A DNA stretch of 58,311 nt, filler included, from Sphacelaria rigidula (taxonomy: Eukaryota): the NCBI GenBank assembly GCA_964200075.2. It is 9 parts of 9 records of this genome, joined end to end, with 100 filler letters (N's around TTAATTAATTAA, not from the genome) between each part and the next. Parts side by side here need not be neighbours in the genome. Positions count along the whole stretch, not along the records: positions 45,432 to 51,821 come from CAXNAA020020368.1; positions 51,922 to 58,311 come from CAXNAA020020369.1; 7 more parts are not named here. One strand, 5' to 3'. Made by a program: the position numbers and the translations under genes. Below the pieces are notes generated by a model. That model searched no databases. It was not told the DNA's origin and saw only the letters and a program-made list of their open reading frames with translations. Shown piece by piece: positions 47,230 through 58,311 of this stretch. Within the stretch, counting starts at the first letter, position 1. Every line of letters starts with the position of its first letter.

Positions 47230-50200
47230 TCACGCATAGTCCAGCGAAGAAGCCGCGTTTGCCTCGTGTTCATCCGCCCGCGCCTCGGGGCCATCCGGGA
47301 TGGAAACAGTGGTATCCAGCGTTTTGTTCCAATCGCCCTTCTTGTCCATGACGATTGCCTCGTTGAACCGAGCAGCTTTACTATCGCCATGTTGCGACCG
47401 GCCCCTTCGAGTACCTTCTTCACTCTCTATCTCATTGTCGCCGATGTCTTCGTCGCTTCCTCCTTCCTCTTTCGAGCTATACGTCACACTCCTGATGCGG
47501 GTATATCCAGACGCAGGCAGTTGGGATGGCATGTCAGTTGTCTCGTTTTGCTTCACGCAGTCCACACAGTCGCCACAACACAAAATTGTTCCGCAAATAC
47601 GTTGGTGAAACTGTGAGTTCCACTGTAATCCGTGAGAGGACCGCGTGCTTAGAGGACCACGCCGTAGTTCGAAATACCTCAGGATCGACATTTTTCAAAA
47701 CCAATCGGGTCAGTCCCTGGAGGTACCACGCCCCTGACCCTAACCCCAACACTAACCCTAACCCTAACCCTAACCATAGGGGTGTTCACATCCCGATTCG
47801 GTCCTCTAAGCACGCGGTCCTCTCACGCATTTCACTACCGCCAGACCCGTGAGTGCTTGCGGTTCATCATATCAGGACATTTGGTGGCATACTACGAAAA
47901 ATGGAGATGGGGTTGCTTCCCGTAGTCCTTACCCAAGCGAGTCTTGTTCGAGAAGGTCTAGCTCCTCTTCGGCCTCAACGAGAAGTTTGCCCAGCTGGTT
48001 TTCCACAGAGTGCGACACATTCGCCATCTGAGCATAAACACACGTGGATTATGGTGACCACGGTCAGTCTTTCGGAAACGATTAAGCGTATCACGTGCTT
48101 CATGCTATCGATACTCTACACCGGGTATATCCTAATAGCCAGCAGTAATAGCCAACCCTAAACTACGAGATGCCGAACTCGAACGGTAGGCATTATACCA
48201 CAACCGTATGAACCCGGCAAGCAAGAGCGTGGTGATCGGAGCATATCGAGTTGCTGGCTGCCAGAAACGCTACACCTGTGTCGACCGCGCAGCACTCGTG
48301 GGAGCGGGCCCTCCCTCGTATCAAGTCGGCGCATACAATCTCCGACACAAGTCCTACGACATGGAAAGGTTCGTTGGTGGCGAGTAAACTGACGGAGAAG
48401 CCAGAAAAACGCGTCACCTGGAGCGCAATCCCGTCGGGCCTCGTGCGCTGTCGCCTCTCTACTGCTAGCCGTAGCTCCTCTAAACCTGGACGATCCTCTC
48501 CAACGCCGTCCTCATTGCCTATGCCAAATATATCCTCGGAAGATGTTCCACCTCCGACGGCACTGGCTCTAAAACCTAGCCTCAAGCCGTCGTCGACGGT
48601 CCTGCTTATGCCCTTGCCCAGATCGGTACCTATGACACGCCGTCCTGTGAGTGTTGACGCCAGCTCGGCGCGAATGGCTTCCACCTTCATTCCGTAAAAA
48701 CATGAGCAAGAACTGCCAGCTTTGAGTGTTGCACGAGGAACTACGGACGAGTAGCGATTCGTGGCAGTGAAACGGTGAGCCTGGGAAACCATGAATGCTG
48801 AAATAATACTTCACCTGATTGGCTGCGTGTTCGGCCGCGTCTTGTCCACCGTCTGCGCTTATGCCTATGCCGCTACCAGAACGACTTCGAGTTTTGGTAC
48901 CAGCTACGCGGCGCTTTGCAGATAGGTCAATCCCCGCCATCGATTGAGCTACTCGTTGAGAATCCTGTTGCGTGTCGAAGATCAAGAGCAGGAAGGAACT
49001 CATCGGCAATGAAACATGCAGGCAGCCAGCGTGTAACGTGAACAACCGTAACGTGATGTTGTATTGTGAGATTATGCTTTCGTTCGAACTACGGGTATTG
49101 CGCACATAGCCTTATTCCCCTTGACGGCGCTCCAGCAATTGGCGTACAGTTTGACATTTTGTTCAACTGCAGCACTTTAGCACGATTTCGTGTGTTTAAC
49201 ACATACAGTTGAAAACCATACGGGTAAAAACATAAGCTGACGCCGTTAATGCTGCTGTGCGAGGCCAATACGGTCGACGTAAAAGGGAGCTCTCGTGAGA
49301 TAAACTTGTAGGGAACAGCATATTGTTTGGAGTCCAGTTGGGAAGGTGCAGGGGTAGAGAGAAGAAGATAGAGGCTCTCGAACATCTCGTGCGTGCCCTC
49401 GTGTTTTCGTTCTCCAAGTACTGCGTGAAATAACCTTTCTAGAACCTAGGAGGTCATTCCTGAGAACGTTCTTTGATGTCCACAATTCTCGACTAAAACA
49501 TCATCCAGAGTGAGAACCTCCACTTTAAACAGTAGCGGAAACCCGCATCACTTCACATGGGACACGCGTCCGACGGCCCCCTGCGCATTGCTAGATAGGA
49601 TGTACAATTCCTATGCCCAACACCTCCGTCGAGACTCCCTTCTGGAAGCGCGAGGTACGAGTTTTTCCTGAGAATCTTACCCGAAACGTACTCAGATTGA
49701 GTTGGCGTACTTTTTTAATGGACGAACGCACACTTGACAGGCGTACGGCATCATATCGCCGGCCATGCGCAGAAGGTGAACTCCACTCATTTCACTTCTG
49801 CGCGCGCTATTTACCGCATGCGACCGGCATGACACGCGTTTAATATTGCATGGGCTACCGCGGCAGCGCGCCTCTAGGGCGTCCAAAATACTCACTCTAG
49901 CGGCGACCGGCACATTCCTCTCATAAAACTCCACGAGACCATCCACCTGCCGAACACCGAACAAACGGTGAAGATATAAGAGATTGGGCATTGATTATTT
50001 GTTTTTCTTGTTGTTGTGGGTCGTTCGTACGGATTTTTGCCATGCACACATGCAGACGAAATATTAAGTTCCACGCCTACAACACATGTTTTGGTTGGTT
50101 GGCGGAGGGTTGAAGAGATTTGGTTAACGCATGCGGGAAACGTTACTGTTTTTTTCTTTCCCCGTAGAAAGCAAATTTTCAGTCGAACACATCTCCCAGG

Positions 50201-51630
50201 TCTCGCGCTCACCACGTTGTTCGAAATTATCGTGCCCTCCAGCACTTCCAAGCCGAGGCATCTCTCTTCGTGTAGAGCTAAAATCTTGGTGGACAGTGTT
50301 TGAGGATCCAGTATTTCTCCTGGGAAAACAAACGACGTAGGCAATTCACAGACGACGCAGAAGTCGGTGTCAAGAAGGTGTGTGATACTGCTATTATCGT
50401 CATCACCCCGCTTACCTTGCAAAAATCGCGAATGCAACTGGATTCATTGCTGCAGTTTCAACACCTTTCTGAGTATTCCTCAGGACGACCCTTGCCTCCA
50501 TCGTGTCCAGCGTAGCTGCGACAGACTCGCACACCGTCTCACAAGTGTCGTTTTGAGCAACACGAACAGTTACTGCTGGTCTCTCGCCATCCGAGGGAAA
50601 TACCTAAGGGTAATCGACAGCGGAAGGTGCAGTATTAGCACACAACCGCCGTCAATTCAACCGCGGAAAAGGGCAAAATGTCGAAGTGGGTCCGGAAGCA
50701 GAGTTTGTGCTTCATGTACGACTCTCCAAGCGGTACGGCGCGACAGCAGACATGTGGTACTTCAGTGCCTACATGATGTTATGCAGGGCTTGATATAGGT
50801 CAACGAGGGCATCCCGCCGCAATGGCTTGCACAAACATGAAGATAGAAGACAGCGCTCGGGGGAAAATATGGGCGGGATGACGTGTCAGGTGGCACTCCT
50901 GGAGGTCGACGAGCAATGGTCACATCAATCACATTTCGTCATACCCAGCGCCGCCGCCAAATAAGGTTTCACGCGTACGCACCAGATCTCGAACAGAACT
51001 TCGGCGAGACTTATCCCAAATCTTGCCAAGCACGGACATAGTTGACTCCGACACCTGATTCCGGTGCGAAGGGGTCATTTTGGAGACGTAATGCAAGTGA
51101 AACGCTGTTCCCGTCAGGAGTACAAACATCCGTTGTGTTGTTGTGAATCAAGGGCTGAGCAATAACAGTACGAAGTCGCCGGCCTCTGGGGACGAAGTAG
51201 GTCAACGATTTCTCGTAACCTATTTTAAGAATAGCGGATCCTCTGAAGGATAGTGCACGCGGGGAAGCATGTCCTCTAGGTTTTCACGAGGATCTTATGA
51301 GTAAAACAACAACAAACAACAACGTACATATATCATTCCAAAGAACCTAAAATATTCGGCACGAATTCCATCTCCCTGATACACACACTACAAAGCGAAA
51401 CAGATTTGCTCATTTCATCACACGTTATGAAGAACAATGCGCACCGGAATATCCTCTTGATTACATATCGGTTCCGTGGTTGGCTTAGGTTCCTCCGGGG
51501 CGTCGGCGTCTTGTGTGATCTCAGCGACGGGCTTCGAGCTTTTGACCTTCTTCAACTCTTCCAGCAGTGCTGCGTTTTCCTGCGACACCCGCTGTACTTC
51601 TCCGGATAAATTGGCAAGCCTCTCCTTTTC
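47230..51630 (-). CDS. Multi-exon protein of unknown function with coiled-coil and acidic segments, 5'-partial; exons 51445-51630, 50983-51054, 50416-50437, 50213-50319, 49896-49946, 48815-48964, 48418-48684, 47933-48027, 47230-47491
   Basis: A chain of AG/GT-bounded, stop-free, phase-compatible exons reads EKERLANLSGEVQRVSQENAALLEELKK ... NQLGKLLVEAEEELDLLEQ ... No family is recognised. The last exon end and the micro-exon are tentative. Confidence 0.6.
47624..47834. mobile_element. 211-bp MITE with TG..CA ends, ~35-bp TIR and internal (CCCTAA)n, intronic
   Basis: A perfect 28-bp inverted repeat CGTGAGAGGACCGCGTGCTTAGAGGACC (47631-47658 / 47800-47827) extends to TG.AAT. with 2 mismatches. 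Flanks are CCAC / CTAC. Confidence 0.8.
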
Positions 51631-53135
51631 CTGACAGAGGACGCCAGGGGTATCAATTCGTGGACTGGTGTTGCACTCGTATCGCTTCGGCCGGTGGACA
51701 AACACGATACAGCGTCAAATCTGCAAGAATTTCATGCTGTTCCAACACTTTTTACGGTGAGACACCCATGAGGCAGTGTAAAAGCCATAGCTGTCTCTGG
51801 AAGTGGCGATACCACAGAATANNNNNNNNNNNNNNNNNNNNNNNNNNNNNNNNNNNNNNNNNNNNTTAATTAATTAANNNNNNNNNNNNNNNNNNNNNNN
51901 NNNNNNNNNNNNNNNNNNNNNGTCGATGAATTTCGCCTCGCTGTGACTGGGTAGGTCACTCGAAGACCTATTTTTTATTATTCCACTAACACAGGGTTAA
52001 TCTGCAATCTCATCCTGAAATATTTGCACTGTGAAATGACATATAAAGGTTTCCCGAAACTCTCTATTCGCCAGAGATAGTAGAAGAACACCACGTGCGA
52101 CGAATCAGCCGAAAACACAGCAAGCCAAGAACGCACGTGGCAATTCCAGTATTCGAAAACAAGTACCCCCTCCTGCCAGGTGCTGTATCAACCTGCACCA
52201 AACTTTTCCCCTGCAGCCACTGTACAATTAGACACAACATGGACGTGACTAGAAGTCAATGCACCGTGTTCGTCGTGTCCCTTGGCTGGAGCTATTTGCA
52301 CCTTTTATATTGAATTTAGTGTGCAACCGTGAAACTAGACGTCCAAACGATGAGTGCAAATAGCGTTCACTGCGGTAGAGTAGATGGATTTCCGCCAACG
52401 GCAGCGCAGGCTGCACAGACAAGCAAGTGCGCAATCATATGGATAACCAAAAAGACTCTTCGTTTTTGACCGAGATATACTTTTTGGTTACTCAGCGCAT
52501 TTAGTGCTGCACTGTTGTACTGACTGTGTACTCCAGTTCTGTTGTGGCGCTTTTTTCTGAATCGATTATGACCGCCGCTGTATTTTTTTCAAATGTCAAC
52601 ATGCATGAGTGCATGAAGCTTCGACGATGACAAGACAGCGACGTTCGAGGTGGTATCTAATGAAACCTCCACGGGAGGCCACAGGGGTAGGCTGGCTACC
52701 CATGGGTGTTGGGTATGCTCTGGTTGACGCGTTTGTGGTCTTGCAAGAGCCGCACAACGCAAAATCTCTGGGGGAAAATAACGCGCAGTTCCAATACACA
52801 GTTCTACTTCTAATTCTGTGTAGTATCGTCATTGTTCACGAGGTGTGCAACACGTGTGCTTCGCGTGAAGCAAAGTGTCGACCTTACACCACCAGTTTGG
52901 TTGTGATTGTGGTCATAAGCTTGAAAATGATTGCGTGGAGAGGGGAGGCGACGAGGCCACACCCACGGCTAGCCTGACTGCTCTACACCGGGTTGCTCTG
53001 AGTCATCCTGTATTGATACGGCGGAGGTGGCACGATAAATATAATGCGGGGCAAACGGATGTGGTTTGGTGCGGTGGAATATGAGAATATATCAAAGTTC
53101 CGCCCTACCCCGGCATTCTGACTGGTGCATCTTAA

Positions 53136-53233
53136 CCCTTTGACCGCTAGGGTGGGTGATCTAGATCTCATGGTCATCCGTCAGGTGAAAATGGCGCCGA
53201 TTCCATGGATTACCCACTCTAGCGACCGAAGGG
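53136..53233. mobile_element. ~98-bp piggyBac-like mini-MITE
   Basis: TTAA|CCCTTTGACCGCTAGGGTGGGTGATC ... GATTACCCACTCTAGCGACCGAAGGG|TTCA has an imperfect ~28-bp TIR, CCC/GGG ends and a TTAA-like TSD. Confidence 0.6.
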
Positions 53234-53540
53234 TTCACCCTCTGACTGCAAAGTGTCTGTGAGACCCACGGCAGGAGAATATAACGTGAAAACTATTGTA
53301 ACGCAAAACGTCCGCAGTAGATTGCCTGGACCCAGCTTTTCAGCTAAACGGTTGAGCCGGTTAGAGCGGAACGTTCCTAATAATAGGCCCTGTTATAGTT
53401 TCATTCTGTGAGCAGTCTCGATTCCGTCATTGGAATGTGAGGACATGCGTTGCGGGGAAAAAAATTACAAGCGTCGACGCGGTGAGAGAGTGCTAGAACA
53501 ATCCGCGATGCCAAAATGTCGTGTATGTGACCAATATCGG

Positions 53541-53665
53541 GGTACTCATCTGTTGCTTGCCTTAGTCGTTTGACCATTGACTAGTATCGGGGGGAAGCGT
53601 ATTCATTTGTTGCTTGCCTTAGTCGTGTGACCATTGACCACGCATTCCTTTCGAGACGGAGCATA
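53541..53665 (+). repeat. Family B repeat (relative of family A), two tandem truncated copies; others at 13330-13375 (-), 14805-14880 (+) and ~32255-32275
   Basis: GTA(C/T)TCAT(C/T)TGTTGCTTGCCTTAGTCGT.TGACCATTGAC, each preceded by a G-run. Confidence 0.75.
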
Positions 53666-54601
53666 CTAGTATCGGGGGGGGAGATGCGTTGATCTGTTGA
53701 GAGGACGGACTCATCCATAGGGACAAGAGGGGTTGAAAGTATGACGAAATACTACCAACAAAAACATGCAGCGTACATGTATTCCTCGTCGTATTGTGAG
53801 AGCCGGAGAAATTCGGCGGGCACAGTACAGTGATGGGTTACCCCGTGCGAGTGTGTGTGATACGTATCGCTTAGGGTCCAATAGTGAAAAATTGCGAAGC
53901 TTGATATCCAGGCGGAATGACTCGGGCTCCCTGTCCTCACACTCTTCAAGATCGTTCGTGCATAGCGCCTGATGATGTTCGGGGTCTTCAAGCTCCTTAC
54001 ATGTAGTCAACGCCACAGTTCTGCTGTGCTGCACTGCACTGTGATTGATCCCCATGCCTCCGACGGAGGAACGTATGTGGACGGCGGATTCCTTTTAGCC
54101 CTTCCGACGGAAGGAATATTCTAGGATTTTTTTCCACCGATACCTGTGCTATTGGCGCTCGCTGTAGGGCGCAGGGTTCCTTTCTCAAGTTTTCCACCCC
54201 CGAGATGAACAAAGGAGACATTCCTGCGGGGCCCTTCGTGTCCAGTGGATTTGCACGTACAAGAAGAGATCGGCAGTACTGCATCAGTTCACCCCGGCCC
54301 CGTGCCCACTCTCCGCGTCCGATTGGTCGCTGTTAGTGCCTTCCGATCAAATTGTGTTTTGGTTTTAAGCACTGGTCGCTGTTGGAATACAAACCTTCCA
54401 CCTTCGCTCGCGGCTGACAGATGCACATCTCATCCTTCTCGGGATGCACTTTTATGCTTTCATCCATCCTATATATGATGCTTACTATCGCGTGTTACCG
54501 TTATAACCCGATTTACCCGGTGAATCCATTTCGAGTCTTGCCAAGCTTAACACTAACCTGCTGTAGCGCTGTTTATCTTGTCTCCACTTGTGGTGCCTCA
54601 G

Positions 54602-57547
54602 TTGGGAGGAGTGTATGCAGCTGCGGGAAGTCAAGTCCCTGAAGAAGCTGACGCACCCAAACATTGTCAAGTTGAAGGAGGTCATAAGGGAGAACGACGA
54701 GCTCTTCTTCGTCTTTGAGTTCATGGAAGGGAATCTTTTTGAACTGATGCAAGACGTGAGTCATGGAACAACGATGTGCACGAATATTTTGCCCCACAAA
54801 TCATTTGTCGTGTTACAGTTGTTCATCGCTCTCGGCGTAATTGTCGACGTCAAAAGGCTGAAGTATTTTGTTTTCCAACAAAACAATGAAAGGACGCACC
54901 CCAGGTTCTATAGCTGTATACGTGCCCCCAACCCATCTGGGATGTACGTAATCTATTTGACCAACGGTCATTCGGTGAACCCCCTCTCTTTCTGATTCTA
55001 CCATCCAGCGAGGTACAACTTTTCCCGAGGCCAAGATTCGCAACATCATGTTCCAGATGATGAAGGGAATTGCTTATATGCACAAGCATGGCTTCTTCCA
55101 CAGGGACATCAAGCCAGAGAATACGCTGATCAAGGTGTGATTGCGGCAAAAGCAAGCGACCTGTCCTCGCTTGATTGATTTTTCAAATGCGAAGGCTATT
55201 GAACCCATTCCATTCGCCTTGGGATTGCCTCGTGCTGTCGTTTAACCAGCACAAAGCAGGAAGTGTTCCTGCATTGCTTGTCTCGGAAATTGCTGAGGTC
55301 TGGGATGCTGTTATCGTCATTCAGCCATTTTAAGATGGGAAGCTGCCAGTTTTAGCCGATACACTCCATACCACACGCATCGAACGGTGATCATTTCGGC
55401 TCTATCCTGCGGAACGCTGTGCTCAATGTGCGGATATTGATTACCCTGCCCACTTCTCGTCACCCGAGATAAGCAAGCGTATGGTACATTCGTCGAATCA
55501 GTTCTTATCGTTCGATGCCCATGATCAAGCGCTGGGCTCGCTACCCCATCCCTGAAAATGCACGGTGACAGAACACGCAGGGCAATTTTACCGAGGATGA
55601 ACAACACGAATGCTACGTCTACACAGCATCACTCGCTCCTCCAAAGGCAGCTGAACAGCTTTACCACAAACGGACGTGACTGCAAATCGATGTTAACTCA
55701 GGTCCGTCAGCCCTCCTCACACTTCTGCCCTGCTCTGTCGTGTTCCTTCCACACCAATCTCAGGGAGATACGGTCAAGGTTGCTGACTTTGGCCTTGCAC
55801 GAGAAACTCGTTCTCGCCCGCCGTACACGGACTACGTCTCTACGCGCTGGTACCGAGCACCAGAAGTACTGATGCGATCAACGCACTATAATTCACCAAT
55901 AGATACATGGGCGTGCGGTTGCATCATGGCGGAGCTGTTCGCTCTACACGCGCTTTTCCCCGGCACAAGCGAAGCGGATCAAATCTACAAGATATGTTCC
56001 GTCCTGGGAACGCCGACGGCAGATACATGGCCAGAGGGGCTCAAACTGGCCACGCAGATGGGCTTCCGATACCCCCATTTTGTTCCCACTCCGCTGGGGC
56101 AAATTTTACCCAACGCTAGCCATGAGGCGGTAGCTTTGCTGACAGACCTGCTGCAATTCGATCCGTATCGCCGACCCACGGCAAGCCAAGCGCTGCAGTA
56201 CCCCTTCTTCCAGGCCAACGCTACCCTGGCGCCTGTGACCTCCGCGACTGCGCCAGGTAGTGTCGCGGGAGGGGTGAATGGCAACAGCGATTTTCAGCAG
56301 CTCGTACCAGGGGATCCCTCTTTGGTATCTCTTGCTCGGCAGGCGAGTATGGCCAACAGTTTCCAAGACGGTGGTGGAGACTTCGGGGCGGTGAGTAGAC
56401 GTTGTAATCAAGGGTGCACGAGTCGTCACCTTTTGTGCTCTGTGTTCAGCAGTGATTTGCGGATAGCGGTAACACGCGAGTAGCCTGCAGTCAAGTTGGA
56501 CCAAGTATTCGAAGTCGCACTGAGAAGAGCGGGAAATGTCTTCAAATAGACGCGATCAACCCCTGTCTTTCGTCGAAGTGACCAAGGTTTCCGGTTATGG
56601 CGGAGTGATATTGAGGTCGCTATGCTCTTCATTCCTTTAGAGCTCAAGCCCCATCCCCCGTCTGCTGTCCATCGTCTTCTCAGCAATCGAGTGCAGGCAT
56701 GATCCATGTACAAGGAAAGCGTGGCTCCATAGGAGACACGACAGGTACGGGTCTGGCCCAACCAGGGGGCAGACCAGGACTGGGCTCGGGAAAGCCGCTC
56801 AAATCAGGGTCGGGGGGATCTACCGGCCGGGGGAGTGGGTGGCGGGGAGGAGGATCAGGGGCATCATCAGTAGCGACCGGGGCTTCAGGACGGGGGGGTC
56901 AGGGTGCCACTCATAGCACCGCGTACAGGTCTAGAGCGCCGAATGGTCCGAGTGGTGCCGGTTCAGGGATGATAGGTCGACTGTCGGGGCTAAGTGGAGA
57001 ACGTGGGTTCAGTAGGGGAACTGGGGGTGGCCCGAGCGCTGTCAGGGTATCCGGGGGCGCGGGCACGGTAGATTTTTCCGGTGGTGCGGGAGACAGTGGC
57101 TCGAAGCCACGCAGTAGCCGTTACACACGACTAGCGAGATATGGGCCGGGCGCCGGATCTGGGCAAGGCTCCGCCTCATTGCAATACAAAGCACCACAAA
57201 CACGCGCATACAATCTCCGCTCAGGAGCGGCACAGCTCACCGCAAGCTCTATGGGTCTGGGCGGGCTCGGCGGCGTCGGTGGGGGAGGGGGAGGGGGGGG
57301 CTTGGGTGCTGGCAGCGCGGGGACGGCCGGGCTCGCACCTCCGCGGACATGTTGGGGGGGGGGGGGGGGCGCGAAGCCTCCATACGGGGTTGTTCCCAGT
57401 GCTGGTGGTGGAGTAGTGCAATCCTACACAGGGCGACGGGGATCAAATGCGGTGGTAGGGGTGGGTGGAGGTCTTGGGGGAATGGGTAACAGTGGAGGCG
57501 TGTTCGGTGGAAGCGGAGTTGGGTTCGGGCGGCATAAATACGGTTAG
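54602..57547 (+). CDS. MAK: MAK/ICK-family (RCK, CMGC) Ser/Thr kinase, 5'-partial; exons 54602-54755, 55009-55134, 55764-56390, 56684-57547
   Basis: The peptide reads [80 protein letters not shown] (TDY activation loop). Splice sites are canonical and in phase. The C-tail is Gly-rich. The exon with GxGxxG/VAIK was not found in the contig. Confidence 0.93.
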
Positions 57548-58311
57548 TTTTGAATATTATACTATAGCATATACGCGAAGGCTGTTCGAGAGGCGCCAAG
57601 TGTTAGTTAGGGCGGGGGAGGAGAGAGAAAGAGGGAGGGAGGAAGTGGTCGAGTTGTTGCTTGTGTGGCACGAAGACGTTTTTGATTTAGCAAAAATAGT
57701 GTACATTGATTTTGGGGGTATCTTTTTGTATGTACGGGAAAAATACAGTTATATGTTCGCAGTCAGCCTTTCTTGTCCTACCGACATTGTACCGTGCATG
57801 TAGGGAATCTATATTTCGGTGACATATATGTAACGCGAAAACCTGCCATCTGAAATTGAATTTATCGCCCGGGGACTCTAGGGAAACTTGGCGTCGCCGG
57901 CGCTTGCAATCCTTTGCAATCGCACTACCAGTACAGCGGCATGTATCGCATGTGGCGTCCGGCTATACGTGCGGGTCCCTGAGAAGTAATTTTTAGAAAA
58001 ATAGACGGACGTTTTCGGATGGGAATGCCGCAGGATGAAGCGTGTCACGCTGTCCAGGCTACAATGTTCTTGGCGGTGTTGGTGGTTAGCAAGGAGTGGT
58101 GCTGTTGGTGATGGTGGTGGTAGAGGGTTGTATATGTTTGCTACAGGCCCCTTGCTTGTGCATTGTCTCTGTATATCGTGCATTGTCGCAAGGACGAGCT
58201 GTTGTTGCAGGTTGTTGTATATGGTGGTTTAGGGTAGCTGTTTTCTATTTTCCGGCTACGAAATGCCCCTATCCGAAGCCGTGATGCTTTTATAATAGCT
58301 ATAAAAGCAGT

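Noticed and set aside
47732..47775. True telomere
   Set aside because: The tract is short, degenerate, internal, enclosed by TIRs and inside an intron.

Overview
This is eukaryotic, intron-rich, repeat-rich genomic DNA, most consistent with a brown alga or other stramenopile. That assignment is inference from GT-AG introns packed with TEs and from the RTE and Copia protein style. It is NOT one locus. Nine unrelated ~6.39-kb contigs (1-6391, 6492-12881, 12982-19371, 19472-25861, 25962-32351, 32452-38841, 38942-45331, 45432-51821, 51922-58311) are joined by an artificial 100-nt linker (N44-TTAATTAATTAA-N44), so no gene-neighbourhood argument can cross a linker. Most ORFs in the six-frame track are spurious; the real genes are spliced fragments that I reassembled by hand. 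They are a NOC2 fragment (contig 3), a WD40-protein fragment (contig 4), a DNPH1/Rcl-like nucleotide N-hydrolase with the catalytic Glu replaced by Lys and a long acidic tail plus a convergent zinc-knuckle terminal exon (contig 7), a 9-exon unknown protein (contig 8) and a MAK/ICK-type TDY kinase (contig 9). Mobile DNA comprises a 2.15-kb foldback/MULE-like element with ~760-bp arms and a perfect 9-bp TSD, a decayed RTE LINE, a decayed Copia pol, Copia relics, two tRNA-headed SINE families, several MITEs (one carrying CCCTAA repeats) and an unclassified ~300-bp family anchored on poly-G tracts. I found no CRISPR array, rRNA or bona fide tRNA gene, and no convincing multi-gene novel system. The best leads are the DNPH1-like putative pseudoenzyme, the foldback element, the telomere-repeat MITE and the poly-G-anchored repeat family.
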